Shown piece by piece: positions 26,050 to 39,592 of a stretch of 64,000 bases of DNA (positions within the stretch are counted from its first letter, which is position 1; each line of letters opens with the position of its first letter). The notes beneath the pieces were generated by a model. That model had not been told where the DNA came from and searched no databases. It worked only from the letters and a program-made list of their open reading frames with translations. The DNA lies in the NCBI GenBank assembly GCA_904063045.1, contig CAJFCJ010000008.1, positions 1,488,001-1,552,000 on the forward strand. Direction: 5' to 3'. The translations under genes were made by a program, and so were the position numbers. Origin of the DNA: Dimorphilus gyrociliatus. Taxonomy: Eukaryota > Animalia > Annelida.

Positions 26050-29000
26050 ATTTATACAATAAATAATATTGTTGCCATACGTTTATGAGAGATCCCATAG
26101 CAATGTAGCAACCTTGATAATACCTTTAACATTATCTTTCGCGAAGTCAGTAGTCTCTACTGTTTATAGATACCAACACTTTCTGTTCGGGTTTCATGGC
26201 AGAAAATTTTGCTTGTGCCTTTGTTCATAGAAATTTAAAGGGTTGTGATCCTCTTATTATGACCAATTTTTAAAGGGAATGTTTGAGTAAAGAATGAATT
26301 ATTTATATTACTATTCAGGCCTAAGCTAATATAATTAGAATAATGTAATATTTAAAACGTGCTATTTCTTAGAATCTCCAGAGTGGTAAGCCTTGACCGT
26401 ATGATCCTACCATAAGATGAAACCTTGGATTGATTATTCTTATGCTTACGATAAACTTAATACTCTATGATCCATTTCCACTTCTCTTAAAGACAAGTTG
26501 GAGCGGATTCTTTCGTTTGCCCTAAACTAGATCCAATCTGACTATTGAGATGCCTCAGCAGATCTGCTCGATTTTCACTTTCAATAGAAAAACATCCATT
26601 TTAATATGGAACAAGTTTATAGATGGCGTCTGTATGCAACGAAATCTTACGAAGTTCTGAGAAAATCGTTTTATTTTTAATTGAGCATAGATTCTAAGAA
26701 ATTGAAAGAGCACCGAGGATATCTATTGTATTACCTTCTTCCGCAAAAATAGCACTTTCTCCACTAAGTGATGTTTGAAAAGAGAAACAAGTTGCAACTT
26801 CACGGTGCTTAAAACCATCTTTAATCACGAATTTATTCTTTCTATAATCTTTCACTATAGTCTATATTTTTTATAAATTTCTTTGAAATAAGATAACGAA
26901 TTGATCCTTTAATTAACCCACAATGTGTTGTTTGAGGACATGCTTTTTCTGTTTTTTGTGTTAAAAAACTTATGTATTAGATATAAAATTATATTTGCAC
27001 AGACAGCATGTGATTAAAGACATTTACGGTAATCACCCCTCTTCTCTTTATGTGATTTTCCAGACTAACCATAATTATTTCAAGTTGGATAAAATGAGAG
27101 AAAGGAAGAGAGAATATTTCTAGGTAAAAGGATTCCAAGTAAACAATAATTACATATATTTTGATAACTACGTTTTATTTATAGAAATAATTTTTATATT
27201 TAATATAAACTATAAATTTCTCTTATATGCTGAAAAGTCAGAATGGCATTAACTTAAGAAAATTAGGAAAGTTGGATAATGGAGAAGAAGTAGAACGCTC
27301 TTTTACCTATTGCAAGTTGCTTTAACATCAATGATATAATTCTACATTCTAAAGTCATAGATTGGTTTAATAGCTTATTCTTATAATGTACCTAGACTGC
27401 TAATGAACTAAATACCGTATACTTTCAATAGTTTTTATCCTTTTTCTTTTGTTAATTCCTCGATGGTGATTTGGGAGAAAATAAAGATGTTAAAGTTTAT
27501 TAATTATTAAATAAATTATTTTTAGTATTTAAATTAAAGCTTAAATAATAATTCTTTTTCTGATTCGAAAAAAAAGCATATTTAGAAATTGATTAAAATT
27601 CAAGTAAAATTCAATACGGACATTAATCTCTAAACAGATATTAATTATTAAAAATACTAAAAATTATCACGTACATTCCTGCTCAGTGTAATAATATGTT
27701 AATTAGTTTCTTATTGCGAACAAAAGAAGAATTACGAAACTTTAAAACCTAAATTTTGTCTTCTCGTTTAGCTCTATCAAGACTGACTTGTAGTGATACT
27801 TGAATTATTTACAATATTATCTCCATATTTAGTTGCAAATTTCTTCTATTTAATGAACAAGGCTGTTAAGCTTATTACAGCCTAAATTTCATTGTTCGTA
27901 TGTAGTTTGTACTAAATAAATTATATTCAATCCTATTCTGTAACTAGTTGCTCTTAAAGTAATATTAATATATTTCGATTTTAAACTATCACTTACATAC
28001 TCAGCTGGTAGACGTAATCTACTGGTCAGAATATGTGCAGCTTCTCTGTAGTTTTCGCTAATATTCTTAGCAAGGTAGCCATGAGCTTTGTAATTTATAG
28101 GTAAATTAATTTAAAAAATTGCCTTAAAATAAGACAATACTTTAAATAATAATTACCGAGAACGGTTCACGATCATGAAACTGGAATGTTCTCCTGATTC
28201 CTGTATTGTTTGTCAAAGTATACACTTCAGATAGGTACCAGCCCCTCCGAAGAACCGATTGAACACTTATCGTCGGGTAGGGAATTTTTGTAAAATTACA
28301 CAATATAATACTAACACAATTTGAGGCCCTTAAGAAATTACTATATTCTTAGGGAAAATCAATGCAATTGAATGAAAATGTTTCATCGACGTATATCATA
28401 AACGTATTATCCTTTTCAACGTAGTTTGCTACAGAATATCATTGGATGTGTTCCTAGCTACAGTTATTGACTTTTAAATATATACAAATAAAATATAATT
28501 TTGCAGAAGCTTTAGACGAAGTATAAGTTGAAATAAGTGTTTTATTATTAATAATTTTATCTTCTCCATCGAATGGTTGCACAGTTCTTGTTTCACAAAA
28601 TAGGCTTCAAAAAGTGAACTACAAATCTTCTTGACGTAGCCTCGTTAAAAAGTATGAATTGTGTATATGACCTGAAGAATAAATATTCTTTTTTCTGAGC
28701 TGTAATTTCTTGCTTTAGAGTTAATAGACAAGTATTAGTTTCTAACAAAAAGTGTGCCAAGTGATCTTCTGTATAAAAACTTCAAGTATCTTTGCAAAGA
28801 ATCCAACCAGGAAAAACCTTCTCATGTGGGAAAAGTGTAAACTTTTCCACCTGTGCAAAAGCTGAGACTTTCTAATTCTTTTTGAGATAACAGAATGAAT
28901 GTATTTTTTACTCATTTTTACTTACTATTGTCTGGTTTTTCTTTAAGATAGAAATGCCATATCAAGAAATAGTGAGTGTTCATACAAATAGTTAAGAAAT

Positions 29001-29310
29001 TTTATTTACAGAATATCATTAGTTACTTTCAGAGCGATGATGATTGCCACCTTCACTCCTTCAAAGTAATCTTGCAATAGCTTGATTGCAAATACAGATA
29101 TTATTTGATATTTCCGAGAAATAAAAAATACCTTAGTCAAATATTTCTAAAAAAATAATAAATGTAAAACTGTACTTTTTACCTACTTTCTAGGTGACAA
29201 GTGATTAATTTTACCTTATTTTCACACTGATTTCTTCACCTTCTTCAAATTATACAATAGCAATCAACAACCCATGATGGAAAGCATTCAAATATGTTTC
29301 AAAACCTATG
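26050..29310 (-). pseudogene. Decayed multi-exon gene, probably death-domain (UPA/DEATH-type) containing
   Basis: Exon 28090-27997 reads AHGYLAKNISENYREAAHILTSRLRLPAEY with a gtaagt donor. Next segment has ALFIK*KK and LQVSLDRAKREDKI*VLK, resembling death-domain helices with a W-to-stop change. Frame 26843-26330 runs about 170 codons with 4 stops. Frameshifts elsewhere. Domain identity by eye only. Confidence 0.4.
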
Positions 29311-31179
29311 CTGAATAACAGAATTCAATAAAAACGGATATTTCGTTTAGTTACAATCCAAAAATAAAGGCCTCTAAACAGTGAAATTAGGGTAATAAGC
29401 TGTAAAACAATATCCGTGGTAAAGAACAAACTAATAAGGTATTAAGAAAATATTTGTTATCATTCATAAGATATTAAAATTTAAACTCAATATCATTAAC
29501 AACAGTAGTAGGTTAAAAAAAGGTAGACAAATATTTCTTCCCATTAACATTTTCCCTACCTTTTAATCTTAGTTTCAAAACGCAAAATTAGTTTTTATTG
29601 AAAGTTAGGTTACTAAATTAGAACTTATACTAGATAGTTGTATTCATTGTTGAAATGTATATCTCTATTTCTGAAGACAATAAGTCTCACTCTGATCAAT
29701 AAAAATTAATTACGAAACTTTTATACTTTCTTTTAAGGCCGATTATAAAAGATAATGAAAGTGCAATGTGGCAATTTTTTACGTCATACAAAAATATTTT
29801 ATTGATATTTTTTATGGTAATTTCTTCAGTAAAGCTATATTTTTATGTTTATAAAGAAAAACCAATATCTTTATTAATTTTCCGTGGTTATAGTATATCA
29901 GAGAACACAAGTGAACAGGGGAGTTTTTTGCTATATATAACTTTGTCTAAAATTTACATATAGGAATCGTCAACAGTGTTAGCGAAAAAGGTTGCACAAT
30001 TTTTTTAAGGCTATAGAGGGACAGAGCAGAAATTGTGAAGAAATATGCATAGTGAATAAATACCATATAATGGACGACAATATTTAGCTAGAAGGAAGCG
30101 ATACTTTAAGAAGTTAACCTTGAAAATTAGCTGACATGAAAATACATTTTGTTTGAATAGGGTATTATTGGTTTAAATAGAAAGAGAAGACATAGACAAA
30201 CGGGAGGGGGTGGATGATGTGGGAGGGGAGTTATTGATTTCAATATTGAAATCATTGACAAAATACTAAGAGTTTGACAGTTAAAATTGTGTTGATAATT
30301 TCATCAATAATTGCAAAATCATCCCACAAATTGTATTGATCAGTTTTTCTTATATCATATTTTATCATTTTTTGTTTCAAATAGAAGGCATAAATACTGC
30401 ACAAGGATTAGAATGTTGTATTTATGAAGGCAATATTCTTCTTTTTTATGTCAAAAGTTAACTTTATCTTCAGTATTAGAAATACGTTACATGAATATTA
30501 TAACAGATTTAATCCCTATGTTAAATAATGACACAATAATATTTATATTATGGTATAAATAATACAATATAATATTTTCATACTAATATTTGAAAATTTA
30601 TCTATAAAATAATAAAAGATATTTATTTCTTTTTTCCATTTACTCTATACAGTACAATATATTTCTAATTATAGCATTTTTATAATATATTTTAAAGAGT
30701 TTTTTCATCTTGCTTTCTGTCTTGTTTGTTGTTGTTATCGAAATATCTGACGAGCTTAACAACTCAAAAACCTTTAAAATATAATATACAAGTACAATAT
30801 TTATTTATTTATTACCAATGGCCAATCTGCTTTTTACAGTCAAAATGAAAATATGCTTTAATTAACACGAAGCAATTATTTTTTTTGAGTGAAATAGTAA
30901 TTTTAGTTTCATTACTTTGACTTGAATTTGACCCCTAATCTAGAGCTCTAATATTAATCTTAATTTAGAATGTAATTCAATATAAATATGAATCACTTAA
31001 TTATATTTGGTCACTTACATTGGTCCATGAATAAACTATTCAAGCTATTGACCTTCATTAGGTAAAGTGTAGTCTAACCTTTCAAATAAATTAGAATATT
31101 TAAAATGTCTTTTGTTTAAAATCAGAATTCAAAAAACTATTTATTGAGCAAATTGCTCTTACTTTTTCTACTTTAGCAG

Positions 31180-31909
31180 GAAAGATGAAAAAGCTGACAA
31201 GCAAAATATTAACAGACTTAGACTTATTAATAACGGGTATAAGAATTTGTTAATCGCTATGAATCCTACTCTTGAAGAAAATCTTGAAGTTATAAAGAGA
31301 ATTCATATAGTTTTACTTTTTAGCCATTCCTCAATTTTTTTAAGAGCCGTTTGCTTCTCTTAGGCATATTTTACAGAGGCGTCGCTTGAACTTTTTACAT
31401 TTTCAAATAATAGATCCTTGTTTAAAAATAATACGATCTTAATATCTAATTCATGGAGAAATGCAATTTCAACTATCGGGACATCAGAAACTTATGATAG
31501 TGGTTACATTTTCGTTGGTAATACGACTAAAGAATGAGGTGATAATCCTTATACTCTAATGATGGTATGTAAATATTTTAATAGGAGTAAATCTTCTAAA
31601 ATTTATGTGTAAGTAATCGTTAAAAATAGGGAGGACCGTGCGAATCAACTGGTGAATATATGTATCTAACAGAAAAATATTTCATGAATCAAACTAAATC
31701 GGAGTCTTTATTTGGACCTATGGGTAATGATGTAGGTAAAACTTTGGCTCACAAAGAAGATGATGGATTCTATTCTGGTTATTATGTCAGCTTTTATGGG
31801 AATGGATTGTACAGTTTTAAACTTGAAGTTGAGAGCAACAATGAAATTGAAATAATATCCCACAGAAGAAGTTACGGAGTAGGAGCTCCACCAGTATATT
31901 TTGATGCCA
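31180..31909 (+). pseudogene. CLCA: CLCA-family pseudogene copy 1, internally truncated (no HExxH or VWA)
   Basis: LRLINNGYKNLLIAMNP; FTEASLELF..TILISNSW; GDNPYT; GGPCESTGEYMYLT..FGPMG; then directly EDDGFYSGYY..GLYSFKLEV. In-frame TGA at 31535-31537 and dead donor (AT instead of GT) at 31307. Confidence 0.8.
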
Positions 31910-34900
31910 GTAAGTATGTCTAAACTATCGAGTGACCGGTCATCTTTTGTATATTTTTAAATTGTTATCAGTGGAAGAATATATATATAAAGAAACGTAT
32001 GTATTACAAAAACTATTATCATTTAACTAAAAGCAAGTAGAGCATAAAAAGAATTACCATAATTAGAACTTTGTCAATAAAAAGTGAAAAGTTAAATTTC
32101 TCTTCTCAAGCACAGCAATAGGAAAATGTTTCAAGAATGAAACAAAAGAAATACATTGATAATATGAATAGGAGGCGAAGGAGACTTATCAAGTAAAAAG
32201 TGTTATACAGTATAAAGTAAGTTTTATTTAAATTAAATACGATAAAAGCATACTAAAAATTTAATGATTCTTTTATTAACAAATTCAAAATATTACTTAC
32301 ATTTGCTAAAATTTAATTGGTACCGTACAAAGAATCATAGTTGAAGTTCTATAAATCAATTTTATTATGTATATAAAAAATATTATAAACTATGTTAAAT
32401 TATATTTTAATTGTATATTTGTGTTTTTCTTGTTTTCCTCTATTAGTAATGTTGATTTAATTTTTATTTTCTACTCGGAAAATCCACAATTATATATATA
32501 TATATACATAATCAATCTATTACAATGGCATCTTTCACCTAAAAAAAACTTTTTAACTCTCGGAGAAACTATAAATAAAAAAATGTCAACTTTTGATATG
32601 ATTTAATGTTTTATGCAATGATGAATTTCAATAGCAGATATAGGTTTTGAATAAATAAAATTTTCATCATTTTTCTTTATTAATTATTTTATGCTCTGAA
32701 GAAAATTTATATTTGTTTTATATTTAAATACATCCTTTGCATAAATCCAATTCTCTTATTATTTTCATTTCTATGAAAAATTATTCTTTTATGCGTTTAT
32801 ATATATATATTGTAATTAGGTCAACTGAACTTGTAGGTTAAATAAGTTTTCGATATCAAAATGACGCATGCATATCTTTTGAAAATATTTAAGCTTCTAA
32901 GAAAATTCTGTCAATTCATGACCTAATTATTTCCTAAGACAGAGGGCACCATCATTGCACGAGTAGTAAAATGTATGTTGAAATACATATTACCTTTGAC
33001 TGGGAGTTCTATAAACGGAATTCTTCTTATTAGTGCAAATTAGCAGCATTAAAAAAAAAATAATCATATATTCGAAATATTTCTAATTTTTTCTAATGAA
33101 AAGCAATATATATATTACAAAATATATTCACAAAAGCAAGCTATTTATTTTTTTCATTTCTCTCGTAGTGTTATTTATTGAACGAAAGAAAAATTAATCC
33201 TAATAAAAAATATTTTTCAATATACGTAATTTTTTTTAGTTCTTTTTTCACAAGATCTTTGATTAATGTCTTTATAAGATACACATTTGTCTGGTTTCAG
33301 ATGACTTTCCCCTTCCCACTCTCTTCCTCCTATTCTTCTTTATTTAAATAGGAAAATGAATTCAATTGTTAAATAAGACAATTACGATCTCTATAAACTT
33401 TTACAAAGCATAGATCATACTTATAAATAATTTTAGAAGACTTTTTTAAATAATTTATCATAATTTCTGGACAATAAAATAATTTATACGTTCTTTTTAA
33501 CATTTTGCAAAAAACATTTCTTCAATATTTCTTTTTTATATCAAAAATAAAAAGATGAATAAATATTTCTTACTTTTTAAATGTAAAGCATCTAATAATT
33601 ATTACATTGGTAACTTTTACATCTTTTACCAGGTCTTGTAGCTACATGTGTTTTTGTAATAAAAATAATAAGTTTTCTTGTATAAAACAACTATTTATAT
33701 TCCTAAATTTATATACATGTTATAGTAAAATGTCAATTTACACATTTAAAAATATTACTAAATATACATAGGAGTTAATTAATTAGTTCGCATAGGTAAA
33801 TAATACGTCACAATCTTCTGGGGAAGTGATTACAAATACAATTATCAGTAACTTCCTGAATGTAAATCCGAGGAGTGAATATAAAAAGTTTGTTCTATTT
33901 TGTATATTTGCTCAATCAAGCATTATAAACAAACTTATGCTTAAACTTTAACATAATTTCGATCAACGTATGCTATATTTCTATCATGTTTCTTAATCAA
34001 TTATTAATTTTCTTTTGACCATTGCGTCTTTAAATATTATTATTCTCTGAAAAATTTTTCATTGCTTAAAGTTTTTCTTTAAAAGTAATAGGGAGATAAA
34101 GATTTTTGTGTTCAGTCTCTAATTCACCCACTAATTATTTCAGACAAGCTTTTCTTTATATTCTTAAAAAATGCTTAGCATTTGATATCTAAATCATTCT
34201 ATGAATTTGTTAGTTTCTTATGATTTAAAATTTTTAGGTCATCATATTTTTTACTCCATGTTATGTATTACATTTTTAGTTTTTTCTTATTTGATGGTTT
34301 CCACAGCTCCGTCATTGATTATCGAAGGTCATAAAAGCTCACCTTTCTCTACTTGTCGATGAACTAAAAGAAATGTTAGCAGTTCTATGAAGAATATGAT
34401 TTTGTTTATGCGTAATGCACGGTAACATTGAGGGCCAGTAGCTTCTATAACAATTGTAGATGCGGCTCTCAATCTGATTATCCATATGTAGTTTTAATTT
34501 TACTGTTCAATATAAATGATCAATTAGCATTGCACTGTTATCATAAGGCGATAATTGCGCAGATACATAATTCAGACACAAAGTCGATAAAGTAATAAAA
34601 CAAAAATTGAAAATTAGCCTCTAGAAATAAATTCATATGGAATCACACTAAAGAAAGTGGGTTACATATTTTCAGAATGTTACAATGCTGCAAATTATTA
34701 ATAATTTGTTCATGTTTGTACAGCAAACATTAATGGTTTCCGGAAATTCTAAGAATTTCCTTTTATTTAGATTAGTGGAAAAAAGCTAAAATTCTACTTT
34801 TATTAATTTAGGGTGAAATTCTAAAAATAATTAATTGGAAACTCATTAGCTTTTAGAAAAAATAGAGTAAGATATTTAAATCTAGAATAAATTAACTTTT

Positions 34901-35985
34901 AATAAGAATGTATCTCTTTAAATTTTTCAAGTTACGTACTGAAATATGAAATTCCTATCATTTTATTTTCCACAACAGTAACTGTATCAAGTATATCCTT
35001 ATTCAAGACTAAAAGTTTTTAATATGAACAAATTTTTAATATTTCAAAAGTGTCAGTGTACAAAAAAATCTGTAATAAATAATTGAAACAAATCTAGGAC
35101 TTACAGATATCTTTTGTGCATATTCAGATATGCCTATGTTTTCAAATGGAAATACATAATTATCAAAAAAATGTTTATCTGAACAATTCTGCACAGAATT
35201 TTATTGTGGCCACAATTTTTTTGGGATCTAAATATATACTGTATATTTTACAATAGTCTAGTAGAGGGTGTTATAGAAAAAAATAACTTGCTACCTATCC
35301 TAATGTTTTAATAGTTCCTTTTGTTTCATAGATAGAATATACTCAACTAGTTAATTTAAACTATTTTTATCTGAATAATCTCTTTTCTATTTTCCAACCT
35401 AATTCTTTCTATTTAGAATGTGGCTACTACTCTTTAAAGGGTAAGCTAAAAGCATCATACTGTATATCGTGAAACGTTGTTAATTGCGGCATTAGGATAA
35501 AGAGGGCACTAGCTTATAAATGAAATGTATTTTATTTTCATATATTAGGTTTTTACGAATAGAAATTAGAAAACGAGAAACTTAGTGAATAAAGCAGAAG
35601 TTTTCTAAATTTACCAATTCGACTTTATCGTCAATAACAAAAAAGCTTTAAATAGCATTATACACTACATTTTGACATTATCAGTTTCAACTTATATTAA
35701 TAACTAAAGAGAGTATTATAGACATTTAAAATAAAGTTAAAAACGAATCTAAAAACTATAAATGTAATTAAAAAAAAAGAATTCTAATGACTTAATATTA
35801 ATAGTTTATTACCTTTAAGGGTAAATATACTAAATTTAAAAATTATTCAAAGGATTATGCTTTTTAAATCAAAATGTGTTGAAAAGAAGGGAAATAAGCC
35901 AGCCTTTTTATTTTCTAACTAAAAATTGTACTAATAATCATAATGAAGCATAACATATTTCAATATTCATTAGTTATTTCCTTCT

Positions 35986-36994
35986 TTATTTATATTTTCT
36001 TGGTTGTTGTATATTTGAATATATCTCTTCGCCATCGTCATCTATAAATTTTACTGTAGCCTCATCATCGCATATATGAATTGCGCTAAAACCGTGGGAA
36101 CTTTTAAAGTATTCCAAATCTACTCCTCTTCGTCTCAAAACTTCAACCTTTTCTTCATTCAAAGCATAAAGTCTTGCTCCGCCACCACCACTAACATAAA
36201 ACTGAGTATTTGTTCCATTTCTATGGGACATATGTTGCAAGTTGTGATCGTGACCAGCGATGACCATATCTACTCTACCACCATCATTTATAATTGGAAT
36301 AAGTACTTCTCTAAGCATTGTTTCAGATCCGGTATGGCCACCGACATTGTAGAATGGGTGATGAAAGATGACTATGGTCCAATCGGCTGGGTTCCTTATT
36401 TCTTCTTGAACAAAGGCTCTTTGACGCAAGTAGTTATTCTGCTTCCTTCTGAATCCTTGAGAGTCTACCATGATAAACTTAACAGTTTTGTCGTTTCCAA
36501 GAGATTTTGTAAAAGAATAATACAGTTGAGGAAAGTTCCATCTTGGTTCAGTATTACCAAACGTAACTTGATTATGCTCCACTCCTGATCCAGAATTACC
36601 GTAGTCATGGTTACCAACAGTAATGTACCAAGTTAGATCTTTAATAGATTGCTGATTATACACATCCCTCCACTTATAGTCAAATTGAAAATCATCTTCA
36701 GAATTAACACCATCTGGATAGAAATTATCACCAGAGGTTACGATAAAGTCAACTGGATTTTCAGACGCATATTTAGCCATAGCTTCGGCGACTTTTATAG
36801 GTACGGCTTGGTTATCTACTCCCCAATCGCCAAGTGCAATAAAATCAACACATCCATTGTCCTTCGAGCCTGACAAATTAATCTTATTTAAAATAGCTGT
36901 TCCCTGTAAAAATAGTGAAGAAAGGTAGAATATTACCTAATGTTGCCGCAGATGAATAAGCACTTAAAATAAAAAATACAAAAATTGAAAACAT
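35986..36994 (-). CDS. ACP5: Secreted tartrate-resistant (purple) acid phosphatase type 5-like metallophosphoesterase. Exons 36994-36937, 36896-35986 (322 aa)
   Basis: Signal peptide MFSIFVFFILSAYSSA, then metal ligands GDWG, GDNFY, GNHD, HHP, GHDH, SHGF. The intron is 40 nt. Confidence 0.9.
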
Positions 36995-37970
36995 TATTGT
37001 TTCTGCAAATTTCTCTTTTAGCTTCTACCTTTCTTGAACCTACGTTAGAGACATGATAAAAAATTACGAATCTCTAACCCTTTTATATCTAATTTTAATG
37101 TTTTATAAAAGCATGTGTGCTTTCCCATCTACTCACTAACTATTTCACTAATGGAAATGGTCATCATGTACAAGTCTCTCATGCATTGCTATCTTTTTCA
37201 CTAATAATTACTTGGAAAAAATATGGTTAGATTGAAAACTACTTGATTTTAGCTAAACAAATTTTTTTTACATACAAGCTATAAGACCAATAAAAACTGT
37301 CAGAATAAAACATAATCTCTAAATATTTTCCTTTGAAGGTATTGTTTTTTTGGTTTTTAATAGAACGCATTACCAAAGTTATAATTGTAGTCGTAAATAT
37401 ACTGTACATATAGTGGAAAGAATAGCCTTGCAGTCGAATATCTGGACTTTTTCTTCTGACAATGTTAAATGTGACAAGACCATTATTGTAATTAGTAAAT
37501 ATACTCTAAAACTACTAACGAGTATATTTACACATTTTAGAATATATTTCTTAATTTAAATAGTTTAAAAGTATTTAAATACCATAAATTGTGGTCAGTT
37601 TTTTGTGTTCTGTGTAATCTGCGGTATTAAGACGAGTAAGTTTTTCTGTTTACTCTTGGCTTTTGTATGAATATTAATTTTCGTTATAAAGGCTAATGTA
37701 GTTGATTTCAATCTGCTAGCTAACAATTTTGAAATACAATAAATTTACAACAGTTGTATGTTGCTTTTTTTCAAGTATATTATTCTTAACTTGGTTCAGT
37801 AATAATATTAAATTAATTAAAAGATTAGCCTTAAAATAAGTTTATGCAATGTAAAAGTCGTGCCAAAATCTCATATTTATCATATCTGTCGAAGTTTTTT
37901 TATTGGAAAGAAATCATGATTAAAAATAGAGCAACTAATCGGTAATATTTCTCTTTATTTACTGAAATTA

Positions 37971-39592
37971 CTACGCGTTTGCTTCCAATTTGTACTTGTA
38001 CAATTCGTAATATATATGCATGCTTTCTTTAATAGCTTCATGAAAAACTTCAGGCATGTCCTTATCTTGCTTTTTTCCTTGTAGCGTATCTTCGAATTTC
38101 TTTGTAGTAAAAGCATTTTTAAGCCAGGGATGCCACATTTTGCTAAATAAATAGATATAAAAAGAAACATATATTTTTCTATTTATTTAATATGTAAGAA
38201 GCATATATTACGTAAAATTCTGTTGGAAACTTTTGGAGGAGTCGTCCCATTGAATCATACTATCTTTATATTCCATTCCGATCTTTTGACAGTATTTTTT
38301 CAATATACCGGCTGAATAATTTAAATAATATATTCTCGTATGAAACTTTAGAACATTGTTTATTAACCTGAATTTTTGAATAAATCATCAGCATCGATTA
38401 CTATTGCTTCTTGGCATAGAGTTGTAGTAACGTGTTTAAAAAGTTCCATCAACTGTTTAAATCCGACTTCTGATGCGTCGAAATAAGTCCAGCCAGTCTC
38501 CTAAATGAATATCGATACTCAGATGATTTTATATACAACTACTTTAAATAATAACTTCTCCATTCAATATTATATTGTACAGCGATCTGACGGTTTTACT
38601 TGGATTTCTAATGAGAAATGTGTGCTGAAATCCCTCTGGAATAGCATCAAATCTTCCGCCTAGCTGATATGCAGCATCTTTGGCGAAAATGTATTGCTCT
38701 GAAAAAGATAGCAGAGTTCTTTGACTTATATGAAACTAAAGTTTTGCATGGATCTTACTGCCCAAAACAAGGAAATAGCTAAATTCTGACGGAAAGAGGT
38801 TATAATATAAGTTGGCTAAAGTTTCAGCATGCATTGTAAAGTAAATAAGAAATTTTGACTTTTCTTTTTTGTAAACAATTATCAAGGTTTTCTTATTTAC
38901 AAAATATATTGCTTTGTGTTCAATGAAAATTTCAGCTGCTGAGTGGAGTTGATAACAAGACTTTTTTTAAGGAAATGATAATACAAAATATAGCTAATAT
39001 TAGTCCTTGTTTTTGACCAATTTACAGATAAAATTATATTGATATTATTTAAAGTTAATTTTCTAATATAGAATAGAAAGTTACCAGGGTATTCCTTTTC
39101 GCATACTTGCTTGCCTTCTTGGAAAGTATAACCTTGATGTGCTTCCACTTCATATCTGCAATGATACTTGATGATAAACTGAAAGTTTCATGTCTATGTT
39201 GTTTCTTTTAAATCGATAGTGGCCTATTTAATCATAGAGTCAAATTTCAGAGGTTGAGAGTTATTGCTTGTTTTTGAAAGTCTTAAGGTAATCATTCAAT
39301 TAAAAGACTATACACAGCTATTTGAAGTATATATGCTAAATAAGAATACTTTAAAATATTAGATAAATATCAATATACCTTTCACTTTGTCTCTCAGACG
39401 AATAGTAGTAGCAAGGCAAATATGGTTCAAATATTATCTGAGGAATAAGTCTAGATCTAAATGAATGTTAAATTCTATATTGATTAAAATAACCTTTGTG
39501 TCCTGCCTCTCTGCAATTGCTCTTAAAAATGCCGTGGAGCATGATCTGGGTATAGTCCAAAGGAAAGTTTTTACTTTACGATTTTCCGCCAT
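37971..39592 (-). CDS. Sulfotransferase-family P-loop protein (258 aa). Exons 39592-39494, 39437-39379, 39155-39085, 38698-38556, 38500-38368, 38311-38212, 38142-37971
   Basis: FLWTIPRSCSTAF (5'-PSB-like), FEPY, FAKD, HTFLIRNP (3'-PB-like), IVIDADDL, YCQKIGMEYKDSMIQW. Seven exons join without stops. Confidence 0.85.

Noticed and set aside
34339-34502. AG/GT-bounded open segment on the minus strand (KLHMDNQIESRIYNCYRSYW...)
   Set aside because: Single exon-like block with no partner exons or recognisable similarity. RNA-seq would be needed.
36076-36873. + strand ORFs of 170 and 74 aa
   Set aside because: Antisense to the acid phosphatase CDS.
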